Virus record (IMG/VR): IMGVR_UViG_3300037851_000360
Span: 24,001-88,000 of that record
Length of the DNA: 64,000 bases
Source of the DNA: a virus
Taxonomy: Duplodnaviria > Caudoviricetes
Strand: one strand, 5' to 3'
How positions within the stretch are numbered: position 1 is the first letter of the stretch; each line of letters begins with the position of its first letter. The notes beneath the pieces are model-generated. The model had not been told where the DNA came from, did no database searches, and saw nothing but the letters and a program-made list of their open reading frames with translations. Of the stretch, positions 55,668-64,000 are shown piece after piece. Position numbers and translations under genes: made by a program.

Positions 55668-56267
55668 TCACTTCTCGGGAGAGGGTGTGGGCTTTGACTT
55701 GAGATTCAAATCCGTGTCATCATCCTTGCCGGTACGGAAGGCTTCCTCGGTACGGCTGGAGGTGACGATCTTGGCGTCGATCTTGGTATAGCCAAACACT
55801 GACATGACGATGTTCTGCGGGAAAATATCGACCATGAGGTTATACTCTCGGGCAATTTCCACCAACTCGACTTGTCGGGCGGTCCATGAATTTCGGCTGG
55901 AGACGATAGTGTTCATCAAATCCTTGTAAAGCAAGGCATTCGTATCGACGTTGGGCACCGATTCGGTAATCCACTTCATCAGGGAGCCATCCTTCGCCCC
56001 ACCAGTATTTCGGGCGGAAGCGTAGCCGACGAAGATTTCCTTGAGGGCATCCTTGGATGCATCGGAAACCTGTGCCACCTGATTGATCTTCTTGAACATG
56101 TTGTCGAACTCGGTCTCATTGGTGAGCACCTTGGAGTCGTACGTATTGTGCAGGGTCACGGCTTTGTTGCGTACGCCCATGCCCCAAAAGAAAACGGAAC
56201 CGGCAAAAATCAATGCCGCGACCGTGAAAACACCACCCGTGAGAAGAACCTTCGTGCCAGTTGTCAT
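55668..56267 (-). CDS. LemA-like membrane-anchored protein
   Basis: N-terminal TM followed by a helical bundle (ESVPNVD...Y..L...I...R..W...Q...YN...FP). Confidence 0.6.
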   Translation of the reverse strand: MTTGTKVLLTGGVFTVAALIFAGSVFFWGMGVRNKAVTLHNTYDSKVLTNETEFDNMFKKINQVAQVSDASKDALKEIFVGYASARNTGGAKDGSLMKWITESVPNVDTNALLYKDLMNTIVSSRNSWTARQVELVEIAREYNLMVDIFPQNIVMSVFGYTKIDAKIVTSSRTEEAFRTGKDDDTDLNLKSKPTPSPEK

Positions 56268-56348
56268 TTGTGTATTTGGTTATCGTTATTGAACAGCCCC
56301 TATAAAAAGGGTTTCTCTAACCAATGTCAAGCACGAGTTTTTCTTTTA

Positions 56349-56885
56349 TCAACGATACTGCGGCAAAAGCAACTTCCAGCGGGAACTATCCGTTTCAACT
56401 TCCCCACTATCAATGCGTTTCAACATCGTAATAGCATCGTCGATTGAACTATAACAATACTTGTGGGGAATGGTACCCATGATCCACAAAGGCGTTTTCT
56501 GCTTTCCACCGTCAACCGTAAGGAAGATTGGCTTCTTCATCCGATTCGACCAATACAACTCTTCCGCAGTTCCCCAACTTGCAATTGTGGGGTGTATGAC
56601 GGCAAAGACAAAATCAACCAAGTCGCAGATGCGAAGGTCTTCCGCACGAATCTGCCGCATTTGCTCGGCAACGGCGTCATAGTTTCCCGATGCCATCCAT
56701 TCCTTCAGTTGTGCACGCTTGCTTTCGTCTTCAACACGGGCATTGATGAACGGTTTGTTATATGGATCGATGCACGTAATGCCCATTTCTCCAAGTTTCA
56801 CCTTAGCATAGTCGCGCCATCCCTGACCATTGATGTTTTCCATGTGCCCCACAAGGTAGCACTTGGTTTTGTTCAGTTTGTTCAT
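56349..56885 (-). CDS. nucleoside 2-deoxyribosyltransferase / N-glycosidase-like protein
   Basis: CYLVGHME, IDPY, EDLRICDLVD, GTAEELYWS. Confidence 0.65.
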   Translation of the reverse strand: MNKLNKTKCYLVGHMENINGQGWRDYAKVKLGEMGITCIDPYNKPFINARVEDESKRAQLKEWMASGNYDAVAEQMRQIRAEDLRICDLVDFVFAVIHPTIASWGTAEELYWSNRMKKPIFLTVDGGKQKTPLWIMGTIPHKYCYSSIDDAITMLKRIDSGEVETDSSRWKLLLPQYR

Positions 56886-57211
56886 CGCATTAAAATATCA
56901 GCCAAAATGTTTCGGGCGGTTTCCACTCTTGAACGAGCCCATAGATCAGTTGCATACGCATCGGTCAATGCTGACAGGATGGTGATTGCTTTGGTCTTGT
57001 CGAGAATGATAAATCCCGTTTGCTGTTGGTTGGAAGCGGCAAGTTCCTTCTCGGCAGCGTCAAGATTGTTCGTGGATCGCAAGGTAAGTGCCAAACTTAT
57101 GGCGTCATACGCCTTTCGAGACAGAAAGTATCCATCCGACCATGGTTTGTTGGAGATAACTCCAAGTTTGCGTAATCCTGATTGTCCAATTAGTTCATCT
57201 TCGACGCTCAT
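56882..57211 (-). CDS. hypothetical protein
   Basis: Coupled ORF. Confidence 0.55.
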   Translation of the reverse strand: MSVEDELIGQSGLRKLGVISNKPWSDGYFLSRKAYDAISLALTLRSTNNLDAAEKELAASNQQQTGFIILDKTKAITILSALTDAYATDLWARSRVETARNILADILMR

Positions 57212-57278
57212 ATATAGAAAAAGTTCCGGCTATCAGATTGGTAGCCGGAACTTTGAAAGTCAAGTTGATTTGAATCTA

Positions 57279-57629
57279 TTACACTTCTTTCAACTTCGGA
57301 GTCGTGCGCTTGATCTTCTCAACCACGCGTGCTGGAGCGTCATCCTCAGCAGCAGCCACGACCGTCACCCCAGCGGGCTCACGGTTCTTGGCAGGGCGAT
57401 AGTTGTCAATCGCCTCTTGGGTAATGTAGACAGCATGGATGATTTCCTTGATGTCAGCGTTGCTGAACACGTGCTTCTTGGTCTTGGTGCCGGTCACCTT
57501 TCCGGTCGCCGGGTCGGTTGTTTCCACCACGATCGTACTCACGGGGCGGGGATTCATTCGCTTCAGACTGCGAGCGAGCGAAGCCTTCCACATGCGGGAC
57601 GATTTTGGTGAATAAGGGTCATGTGCCAT
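57279..57629 (-). CDS. hypothetical basic protein
   Basis: ORF with phage-like codon usage. Confidence 0.6.
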   Translation of the reverse strand: MAHDPYSPKSSRMWKASLARSLKRMNPRPVSTIVVETTDPATGKVTGTKTKKHVFSNADIKEIIHAVYITQEAIDNYRPAKNREPAGVTVVAAAEDDAPARVVEKIKRTTPKLKEV

Positions 57630-57741
57630 AGTTGTGTGTGTTTTGAGTTATTTTGTCTCTGAACAAGGCTCATCAAAGCACTTATTTTGGGAATGTCAAC
57701 CACTTTCTATTCTTTTATTCGCAACCATCCCTAACGTTTTT

Positions 57742-57750
57742 ATATTTATG
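57742..57750 (+). promoter_or_regulatory. putative late promoter motif ATATTTATG
   Basis: Directly upstream of the gp14-like start. Confidence 0.55.
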
Positions 57751-57753
57751 TTC

Positions 57754-58227
57754 ATGGGATTACGCGGACGCTACTTTTCACCGAGGGATATCAGGTTGGT
57801 TAACAGCCTGAACAACGAGTTGTTGGACGACATTATCGAGAACATCGTTGAGATTTTCAAGGTGGCTCCATACCAGACCGTCACCAATATTTATGGCGAG
57901 ACAAGCCCAACGACAGGAAAGGCTTACTACGCCGCTGTCAAGGTGTCGGCGCTCATCGATCGCCCGGAAATGTCGGCAGAAGACGAGAACTTCGGACCGG
58001 ATCGCAATCAGAATCACGTTTTCAAGTTCTTGGAACCGGAGATGAAACGTCGCAACTTCTATCCCGAAATCGGCGACTTGGTTTTCTGGAACGACCGCTA
58101 TTACGAAATCGACAACGTGGTTCAGGAACAACTCTTGGCAGGCGTTCCGGAGAAGAGCCACTCAATCATTTGCTCATCGCACTATACAGCATTGAGCAAC
58201 CTAAACATCGTTCCGAGACAGCAGTAA
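57754..58227 (+). CDS. gp14: neck/head-closure protein (T4 gp14-like)
   Basis: TNIYGE...YPEIGDLVFWNDRYYEIDNV; start at 57754 (or 57748). Confidence 0.7.
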   Translation: MGLRGRYFSPRDIRLVNSLNNELLDDIIENIVEIFKVAPYQTVTNIYGETSPTTGKAYYAAVKVSALIDRPEMSAEDENFGPDRNQNHVFKFLEPEMKRRNFYPEIGDLVFWNDRYYEIDNVVQEQLLAGVPEKSHSIICSSHYTALSNLNIVPRQQ

Positions 58228-58230
58228 TGT

Positions 58231-59076
58231 ATGACTCCCACCGTACGCCTCAGAAACTTCAAATCCCTAACCAAGTTTTCCTACATCGGATTACCATTAG
58301 ATATGCGCGAACAACTAACAGCAGATAGAACATATTACGTTTCCACTACGGGAAATAACTCCAATAACGGTCTAACATCCGGATCGGCATTTCTCACTAT
58401 TGCAAAGGCGACCGATATTATTCTGAAAACATTGGATGGTGCTGGATACACTGCGAGAATTCAACTCGCCGATGGAACCTATAACGAGAGCGTGACCATA
58501 ACATCAGATGCCGTCAATTTTGGTCAAATACACATTCTTGGTAATTTGGCGACACCCGGAAATGTCATTATCAATGACGCGGCGGCAAACAATGCCGTCC
58601 ACGTGGCATATGCCAAAACTCCGATAGACATTAAGGGAGTCCGACTACAATCAACTGGCAGCAGTGGAATATATGCGCATGGAGGAGCATGGATCACGTT
58701 TGGAAAAATTGAGTTTGGAACATGCGGTGGAGCACATCTATACGCCAACGGAGGAAGCACCATTCAGAGTTATGACAACTATACCATCCTCGGAAACGCT
58801 ACATACCACGCGATAGCTCAATTTCAGTCAATGCTGTTCTTTGCGAGTGGAAAAACTACCACCATGTCGGGAACGAGAGCCTTCACAGAATTCCTCAATC
58901 TGTATCACATGTCTTACGCCAACTTTTATTCACAGGTTATCACCGGAACTGCAACCGGAAAACGATACACTCTTGGAATGTTGTCGGGAGTTCTCACTCG
59001 AAACGGCGATGGGAACGTAAACTATTTTCCCGGTAATGTGGCAGGATCGGCTGGGCAAGGATCGCAATATGTCTAA
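58231..59076 (+). CDS. beta-helix-like fibre/appendage protein, paralog 2
   Basis: Shared MTPT..LRNFKSLTKF..MREQLT..RTYYV N-terminus and YFPGxxAG C-terminus. Confidence 0.75.
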   Translation: MTPTVRLRNFKSLTKFSYIGLPLDMREQLTADRTYYVSTTGNNSNNGLTSGSAFLTIAKATDIILKTLDGAGYTARIQLADGTYNESVTITSDAVNFGQIHILGNLATPGNVIINDAAANNAVHVAYAKTPIDIKGVRLQSTGSSGIYAHGGAWITFGKIEFGTCGGAHLYANGGSTIQSYDNYTILGNATYHAIAQFQSMLFFASGKTTTMSGTRAFTEFLNLYHMSYANFYSQVITGTATGKRYTLGMLSGVLTRNGDGNVNYFPGNVAGSAGQGSQYV

Positions 59077-59081
59077 CTCAT

Positions 59082-59924
59082 ATGACACCCACAACCATAC
59101 TTCGCAATTTCAAATCCCTAACCAAGTTCTCTTATATTGGACTTCCTCTCAACATGCGTGAACAACTAACATCGGATAGAACATACTACGTTTCCACAAG
59201 TGGAAACAACTCAAACAATGGTCTCACCGTTGGTACACCATTTCTCACCATTCAGAAGGCAATCGACGTTATCTGTGGAACGTTAGATTTGGGTAATTAC
59301 AATGTAACCGTTCAACTTGCTGACGGAACCTATACAGGTACAGTTACCCTATATCCAGTATTGACCGGAAAAGGTGTTGCCAAAATACAAGGGAACACCA
59401 CGACACCAGCAAATACGGTGATAAATGCTACTTCAAACAACAGCATAACAGCAAATGGTGCTGGTATTAATTGGACAATCAAACACGTGACCATTGCATC
59501 AAGTTATAGTGCAATCGTCGCTTACAATCACGCATTTTTGCTCCTTGATTCCGTCTCATTTGGTTCGGTAACCGGATACCACGTTTATTGTTTGGGCGCA
59601 TACGTGTATATTTCGGGGTCATACACCATCAGCGGTGGTGGAATAGCACACGTTGAAATTCAAGCGGCGGGTGTCGTCAATTTTCAAACGGGAGCAGTTA
59701 CTATCAATTTCACCGGTGCTCCAAACTTCTCATCAGCATTCGTCGAATCCGTCACAAACTCGTGCTGTCAGGCGGTGGGCATCACTTTCACAGGAACATA
59801 TGCATCTGTCACGGGAAAAAGATACAATGTAAATCTTCTTGCAGTTATTCAAGTGAATGCTGGTGCCAACTATTTCCCCGGAAATGTTGCAGGAAGTACG
59901 GCTAACAACTCCATCTACGCATAA
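59082..59924 (+). CDS. beta-helix-like fibre/appendage protein, paralog 3
   Basis: Same shared termini. Confidence 0.75.
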   Translation: MTPTTILRNFKSLTKFSYIGLPLNMREQLTSDRTYYVSTSGNNSNNGLTVGTPFLTIQKAIDVICGTLDLGNYNVTVQLADGTYTGTVTLYPVLTGKGVAKIQGNTTTPANTVINATSNNSITANGAGINWTIKHVTIASSYSAIVAYNHAFLLLDSVSFGSVTGYHVYCLGAYVYISGSYTISGGGIAHVEIQAAGVVNFQTGAVTINFTGAPNFSSAFVESVTNSCCQAVGITFTGTYASVTGKRYNVNLLAVIQVNAGANYFPGNVAGSTANNSIYA

Positions 59925-59926
59925 TC

Positions 59927-60871
59927 ATGGCATGGCGCGGACCAGCTAAAACTTCAACAAATCCTGTTCCCAATAAGGTTCAGGCAGGACCGAACATTTC
60001 CGATTTGCCAAACGACGTGCGTCGTGAGATGCAAAAACGTCGCGATGATGATGTAGAAAAAACATTCTCCGTGACGTTGATGGATATCGACGAAACGATC
60101 TTCAATCACCTAGACAAGAACATCAACGTCACCCTCACCGACAACGGAGAGACCATCAAGGTTCCCGTCATCTTCTCCAACCCGGAACGTTGGGTTGCCA
60201 TCCGCAAGGAAGGTTTTGTACGCGACAAGAACGGAAAGGTTCAGCGCCCAATCGTTGCTCTCAAAAGAACGACGACCGCCAGAAACGATCAATTGATGAC
60301 GTTCAATCGCTATTTGACATACCCTGTCATCCAGCAGAACAACATTAACAATCCATATGACAAGTTCAGCGTACTCTCCGGAGGTCAAAGACCAACATAC
60401 AATGTGTATGGAGTAACTCTTCCCGACCACGTGACCATCACGTATGAATTCATGGCATGGACCGACAAGATTGAACAGATGAATAAAATCATCGAGCAGA
60501 TTAATTTTGCCACCGAGGATTATTGGGGTGACAAGCAGAGATTCCGTTTCAGAACGAGCATCTCCGACTACAATCACCAGATTGAGGTTGTTGCCGACCA
60601 AGACCGTATCATCAGAACATCGTTCACCCTGACCGTTTACGCTTACCTTCTTCCGGAAGTTTATGAAAATCGTCAGTCAACCATGCAGAAGTTCCTCACT
60701 CCTCGCCGTCTGATTGTGAACTCCGAAGTAGTAGTGACGATGCCGCCAACGAACTTCTCTCCCACACCATTCAATAAGGGAAGATACACCGGAACACCTT
60801 ACGAACAAAGAACTCGTAATACAAACGACGAGCCAAACACAAGTTTGAGCAAGTTCGAACCAAAGAAATGA
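59927..60871 (+). CDS. gp15: tail completion / sheath-stabiliser protein (T4 gp15-like)
   Basis: VPVIFSNPERW, RPIVALKRT, PDHVTITYEFMAWT...QMNKIIEQI. Confidence 0.7.
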   Translation: MAWRGPAKTSTNPVPNKVQAGPNISDLPNDVRREMQKRRDDDVEKTFSVTLMDIDETIFNHLDKNINVTLTDNGETIKVPVIFSNPERWVAIRKEGFVRDKNGKVQRPIVALKRTTTARNDQLMTFNRYLTYPVIQQNNINNPYDKFSVLSGGQRPTYNVYGVTLPDHVTITYEFMAWTDKIEQMNKIIEQINFATEDYWGDKQRFRFRTSISDYNHQIEVVADQDRIIRTSFTLTVYAYLLPEVYENRQSTMQKFLTPRRLIVNSEVVVTMPPTNFSPTPFNKGRYTGTPYEQRTRNTNDEPNTSLSKFEPKK

Positions 60872-61725
60872 CTCCAAACGTACGCCTCAGAAACGTCAAA
60901 TCTCTAACGAAGTTCTCATACATCGGACTTCCAATCTCATCTAACATGCGCGAACAACTAACAGCAAACAGAACATACTACGTTGCCACAACAGGCAACG
61001 ACTCAAACAATGGACTGACCGTAGGCTCTCCATTCCTCACTATTCAAAAAGCGGTTGATGTAATTTGCGGAACACTTGATTGTTCTTCATACACCGTAAC
61101 CATTCAGGTTGCAGATGGTACTTACACACTCTCATCACAGATTACTCTATATCCATATTTGGGTACCAAGCCTGTGATAATTCAAGGAAACGCTTCTACC
61201 CCAGCAAACTGTATCATCAACTCATCAGTCGCCGGTTCTACTCTATTTTACGTCGCATCTCCGTTCCAATGGACTATTCGAGGCTTTGATATGGCAAACT
61301 CCGGATCGGATGCAAATTGTGTAAAGGCATTTGACGGAATGGTTCTTATACAAAATTGCAGATTTGGATCAACGACTGGAACACAAATTATCGGTCTTTA
61401 CTCAAGTTTAATCCTTCTCGGAGGATCAATCACTACCTACGGAACCTCTGGCGGGTTTATCGCATCACTTAATGGAGCAAATATAAGAGCACGAGACTAC
61501 AGTGATTACGCAACCATTACCATGTCGTCACCAACATACAGTATAGTTGTTTACGCATACGGTTCCGGCTCTGTAGTTGAAGCACTCTGGTATCAAGCAG
61601 GATCGGCGACTGGCAAACGATACCAAGCCGACAAACTCGCCCTTGTTGATTCGGGTGGTAATGGTGCAACGTATATTCCCGGAAGTATCGCAGGTACCAC
61701 ATCACTTGGAGGTCAATACGGTTAA
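60868..61725 (+). CDS. beta-helix-like fibre/appendage protein, paralog 4
   Basis: Same shared termini. Confidence 0.75.
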   Translation: MTPNVRLRNVKSLTKFSYIGLPISSNMREQLTANRTYYVATTGNDSNNGLTVGSPFLTIQKAVDVICGTLDCSSYTVTIQVADGTYTLSSQITLYPYLGTKPVIIQGNASTPANCIINSSVAGSTLFYVASPFQWTIRGFDMANSGSDANCVKAFDGMVLIQNCRFGSTTGTQIIGLYSSLILLGGSITTYGTSGGFIASLNGANIRARDYSDYATITMSSPTYSIVVYAYGSGSVVEALWYQAGSATGKRYQADKLALVDSGGNGATYIPGSIAGTTSLGGQYG

Positions 61726-61730
61726 TTGTC

Positions 61731-62576
61731 ATGACCCCCACGACCATACTTCGAAACTTCAAACAACTAACTAAGTTCAACTACGTTGGACTCCCCATTT
61801 CTATGCGTGAACAACTAACAGCAAACAGAACATACTACGTCAGAACCGATGGATCAGACTCGAATAATGGTCTCGCCAACACGAGCGGTGGTGCTTTTCT
61901 TACCATACAGAAGGCAATCAACGTCGTGTGTGGAAATCTCGACCTTGGGCAATGGTCGGTAACGATTCAAGTCGGCGACGGAACATACACACAATCCCTT
62001 GTTCTATACAATTGGATTGGAGCCGGAAACGTTTCCATCATAGGAAATGAAACCACACCATCGAATGTGACCATTAGCACTGCATCCAATGGATTCAACG
62101 TAGACGGTCTTAGCAGCATTTGGTATCTATCCGGTATGAGGATTACCACATCCGCTGGAAGCAGCATTTCCATCTCACGCGGATCGGTATTGAGATTTCA
62201 AAATCTTGATTTCGGATCGACTCCCGGAAATCACTTCAACATAGGTTCAGATGGAACTATTATAGTCGAAGGAAACTACAGAATATCCGGAGGCGCTACA
62301 AACCGACACTTTGCCAACTTTGGTGGCTCTGTATTTTTCGCTGCGGCTGCTACAGTAACGGTAACCGGCACACCAGCCTTCACACAGTTTGCCATTGCTC
62401 ACAGAGGAGCACGCATCATAGCAAACGCAACGGTGACATACTCGGGCGCGGCAACTGGTCAGAGATATGAAATTCGCCACAACTCGGTAGTGTTTACTGC
62501 CGGTGTAGCAACATCGACATTCTTCCCCGGAAGCACGGCAGGTGCCGTTGCTGACGGTGGTGCTATTTATTCATAA
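61731..62576 (+). CDS. beta-helix-like fibre/appendage protein, paralog 5
   Basis: Same shared termini. Confidence 0.75.
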   Translation: MTPTTILRNFKQLTKFNYVGLPISMREQLTANRTYYVRTDGSDSNNGLANTSGGAFLTIQKAINVVCGNLDLGQWSVTIQVGDGTYTQSLVLYNWIGAGNVSIIGNETTPSNVTISTASNGFNVDGLSSIWYLSGMRITTSAGSSISISRGSVLRFQNLDFGSTPGNHFNIGSDGTIIVEGNYRISGGATNRHFANFGGSVFFAAAATVTVTGTPAFTQFAIAHRGARIIANATVTYSGAATGQRYEIRHNSVVFTAGVATSTFFPGSTAGAVADGGAIYS

Positions 62577-63415
62577 TGACTCCGACAACAATACTACGAA
62601 ACTTTCGTAATCTAACCAAGTTTTCCTACATAGGATTACCTCTAAATATGCGTGAACAACTAACAGCAAATCGTACCTACTATGTCAGAACCGATGGATC
62701 AGACAGCAACACCGGATTGGTAAATAATTCGGGCGGGGCATTTCTTACCATTCAGAAAGCAGTCAATGTCGTATCCGGTCAACTCGACTGTGGTCCGTAC
62801 AACGTGACAATTCAAGTGGCAGACGGTACATACAATGCAGGAGTCACACTTTATCCGGTGTTGGGATCGGGCACATATGCTCTTGTCGGAAATGAGACCA
62901 CACCAGCCAATGTGACCAGCACTCTCTCAGGAATAGCAAACATAATTGTCGCAATAGGTGCCAAGTGGTCAATAAGAGGCATGAAGTTGAGCACCACCGG
63001 CGCGGGTGCTTCGTGTATCTTTGGAAGTGCAAATTCACACACCACATTCAGGAACATGAATTTTGGTGCAAGCACACAAATGCATATTTACGCTGCTGAT
63101 GCAGCATTCGTCATTGCTGACGGAAACTACACCATCAGTGGTGGTGCTACTTCGGGGCACATTGCTTCCACTATGGGTTCGGTTGTAATCATTACAGGTC
63201 GCACCATTACACTCACAGGAACTCCCGCTCTTGGAAACTTTGCTCTGTGTGGTAGAGGTGGAATCATTTATATGCCATCTTGCACTTTCTCAGGAACCGC
63301 AACAGGAACACGATACAATTGCTTCTCAGTAGGTCTCATCGAAACCAGTGGAGGTGCCAACTACTTCCCCGGAAACCTCGCCGGTTCAACCGCTGCTGGT
63401 GGAGTTTATGTCTAA
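62576..63415 (+). CDS. beta-helix-like fibre/appendage protein, paralog 6
   Basis: Same shared termini. Confidence 0.75.
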   Translation: MTPTTILRNFRNLTKFSYIGLPLNMREQLTANRTYYVRTDGSDSNTGLVNNSGGAFLTIQKAVNVVSGQLDCGPYNVTIQVADGTYNAGVTLYPVLGSGTYALVGNETTPANVTSTLSGIANIIVAIGAKWSIRGMKLSTTGAGASCIFGSANSHTTFRNMNFGASTQMHIYAADAAFVIADGNYTISGGATSGHIASTMGSVVIITGRTITLTGTPALGNFALCGRGGIIYMPSCTFSGTATGTRYNCFSVGLIETSGGANYFPGNLAGSTAAGGVYV

Positions 63416-64000
63416 ATGACCCCGACCACAATTCTCAGAAACTTCAAATCCCTAACCAAGTTCAACTACGTTGGACTTCCTCTCTCTATGCGTGAACAAC
63501 TAACATCAGATAGAACATACTACGTCGCGACGACGGGTAATGATTCCAATAATGGTCTAACCGTTGGTAGTCCATTTCTCACTATTCAGAAGGCAGTTGA
63601 CGTTATTTGTCATACGCTCGATTTGGTTGGATGGAATGTCATAATACAGGTTGCAAATGGAACATATTCCGGAGCCATCAACCTAAAGAATTACGTTTCA
63701 TCGGGTCAGGGATCAAAAGTGACGATACAGGGCAACCTCACAACACCAGCAAACGTCGTTCTGACAAACGCCTCGAACACAGACATTCTTACGATGAATT
63801 CCGTCGTTACTCCGTGGACAATCGGTGGATTCAAGGTAACCATTCCCGGTACCAACGGTGGTGCAGGATCGTGCATCAACGTGGTTGGAAATTCTCAATT
63901 GAGTATCAGCGGAAAGATGGAATATGGAAATTGCCCCGGATTTCACATTTATGGTTGGTCGTTTGCTAAAATCTTCATCTCTGCCGACTACACCATCAGC
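63416..64000 (+). CDS. beta-helix-like fibre/appendage protein, paralog 7 (truncated by the window end; not in the ORF track)
   Basis: MTPTTILRNFKSLTKFNYVGLPLSMREQLTSDRTYYVA..., open to position 64000. Confidence 0.75.
   Translation, partial: MTPTTILRNFKSLTKFNYVGLPLSMREQLTSDRTYYVATTGNDSNNGLTVGSPFLTIQKAVDVICHTLDLVGWNVIIQVANGTYSGAINLKNYVSSGQGSKVTIQGNLTTPANVVLTNASNTDILTMNSVVTPWTIGGFKVTIPGTNGGAGSCINVVGNSQLSISGKMEYGNCPGFHIYGWSFAKIFISADYTIS

Noticed and set aside
47729-64000. Diversity-generating retroelement explaining the paralog array
   Set aside because: No reverse transcriptase and no near-identical TR/VR pair differing only at adenines in the window; variation is synonymous in the leader and spread throughout the genes

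Overview
This 64-kb window comes from a large T4-like (probably jumbo) myovirus genome and covers the head/neck morphogenesis region. It has no CRISPR array, rRNA or IS element, and it uses the standard genetic code. Recognisable core genes are terminase large subunit (gp17), portal (gp20), prohead protease (gp21), scaffold (gp22-like), major capsid (gp23) and neck/tail-completion proteins (gp13-, gp14-, gp15-like). Around them lie seven Ala/Ser/Thr-rich 'ASY-repeat' fibre proteins, at least seven paralogous ~280-aa beta-helix-like proteins sharing one N-terminal peptide, a UV-repair/AAA/helicase island, three PD-(D/E)xK endonucleases, and a reverse-strand accessory island with three tRNA genes (Glu; Thr with a 32-nt hairpin insert in the anticodon loop; an Arg-like RNA with no D-arm). 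A directional motif ATAYTTATN sits upstream of late genes on both strands. The most striking inferred system is a set of capsid-packaged, protease-matured cargo proteins. About a dozen late proteins, including Nudix, isochorismatase-like, 2H-phosphoesterase (Acb1-like) and Gp88-like enzymes, start with T4-style capsid-targeting peptides ending in (L/I)xE. A 2078-aa protein has putative gp21 sites at nearly every domain boundary, separating two HxGH-like nucleotidyltransferases, four tandem ~240-aa unknown+HTH modules, a KxDG ligase-like domain and a Pol-beta-like domain. All family assignments come from motif recognition by eye; no database search was run.
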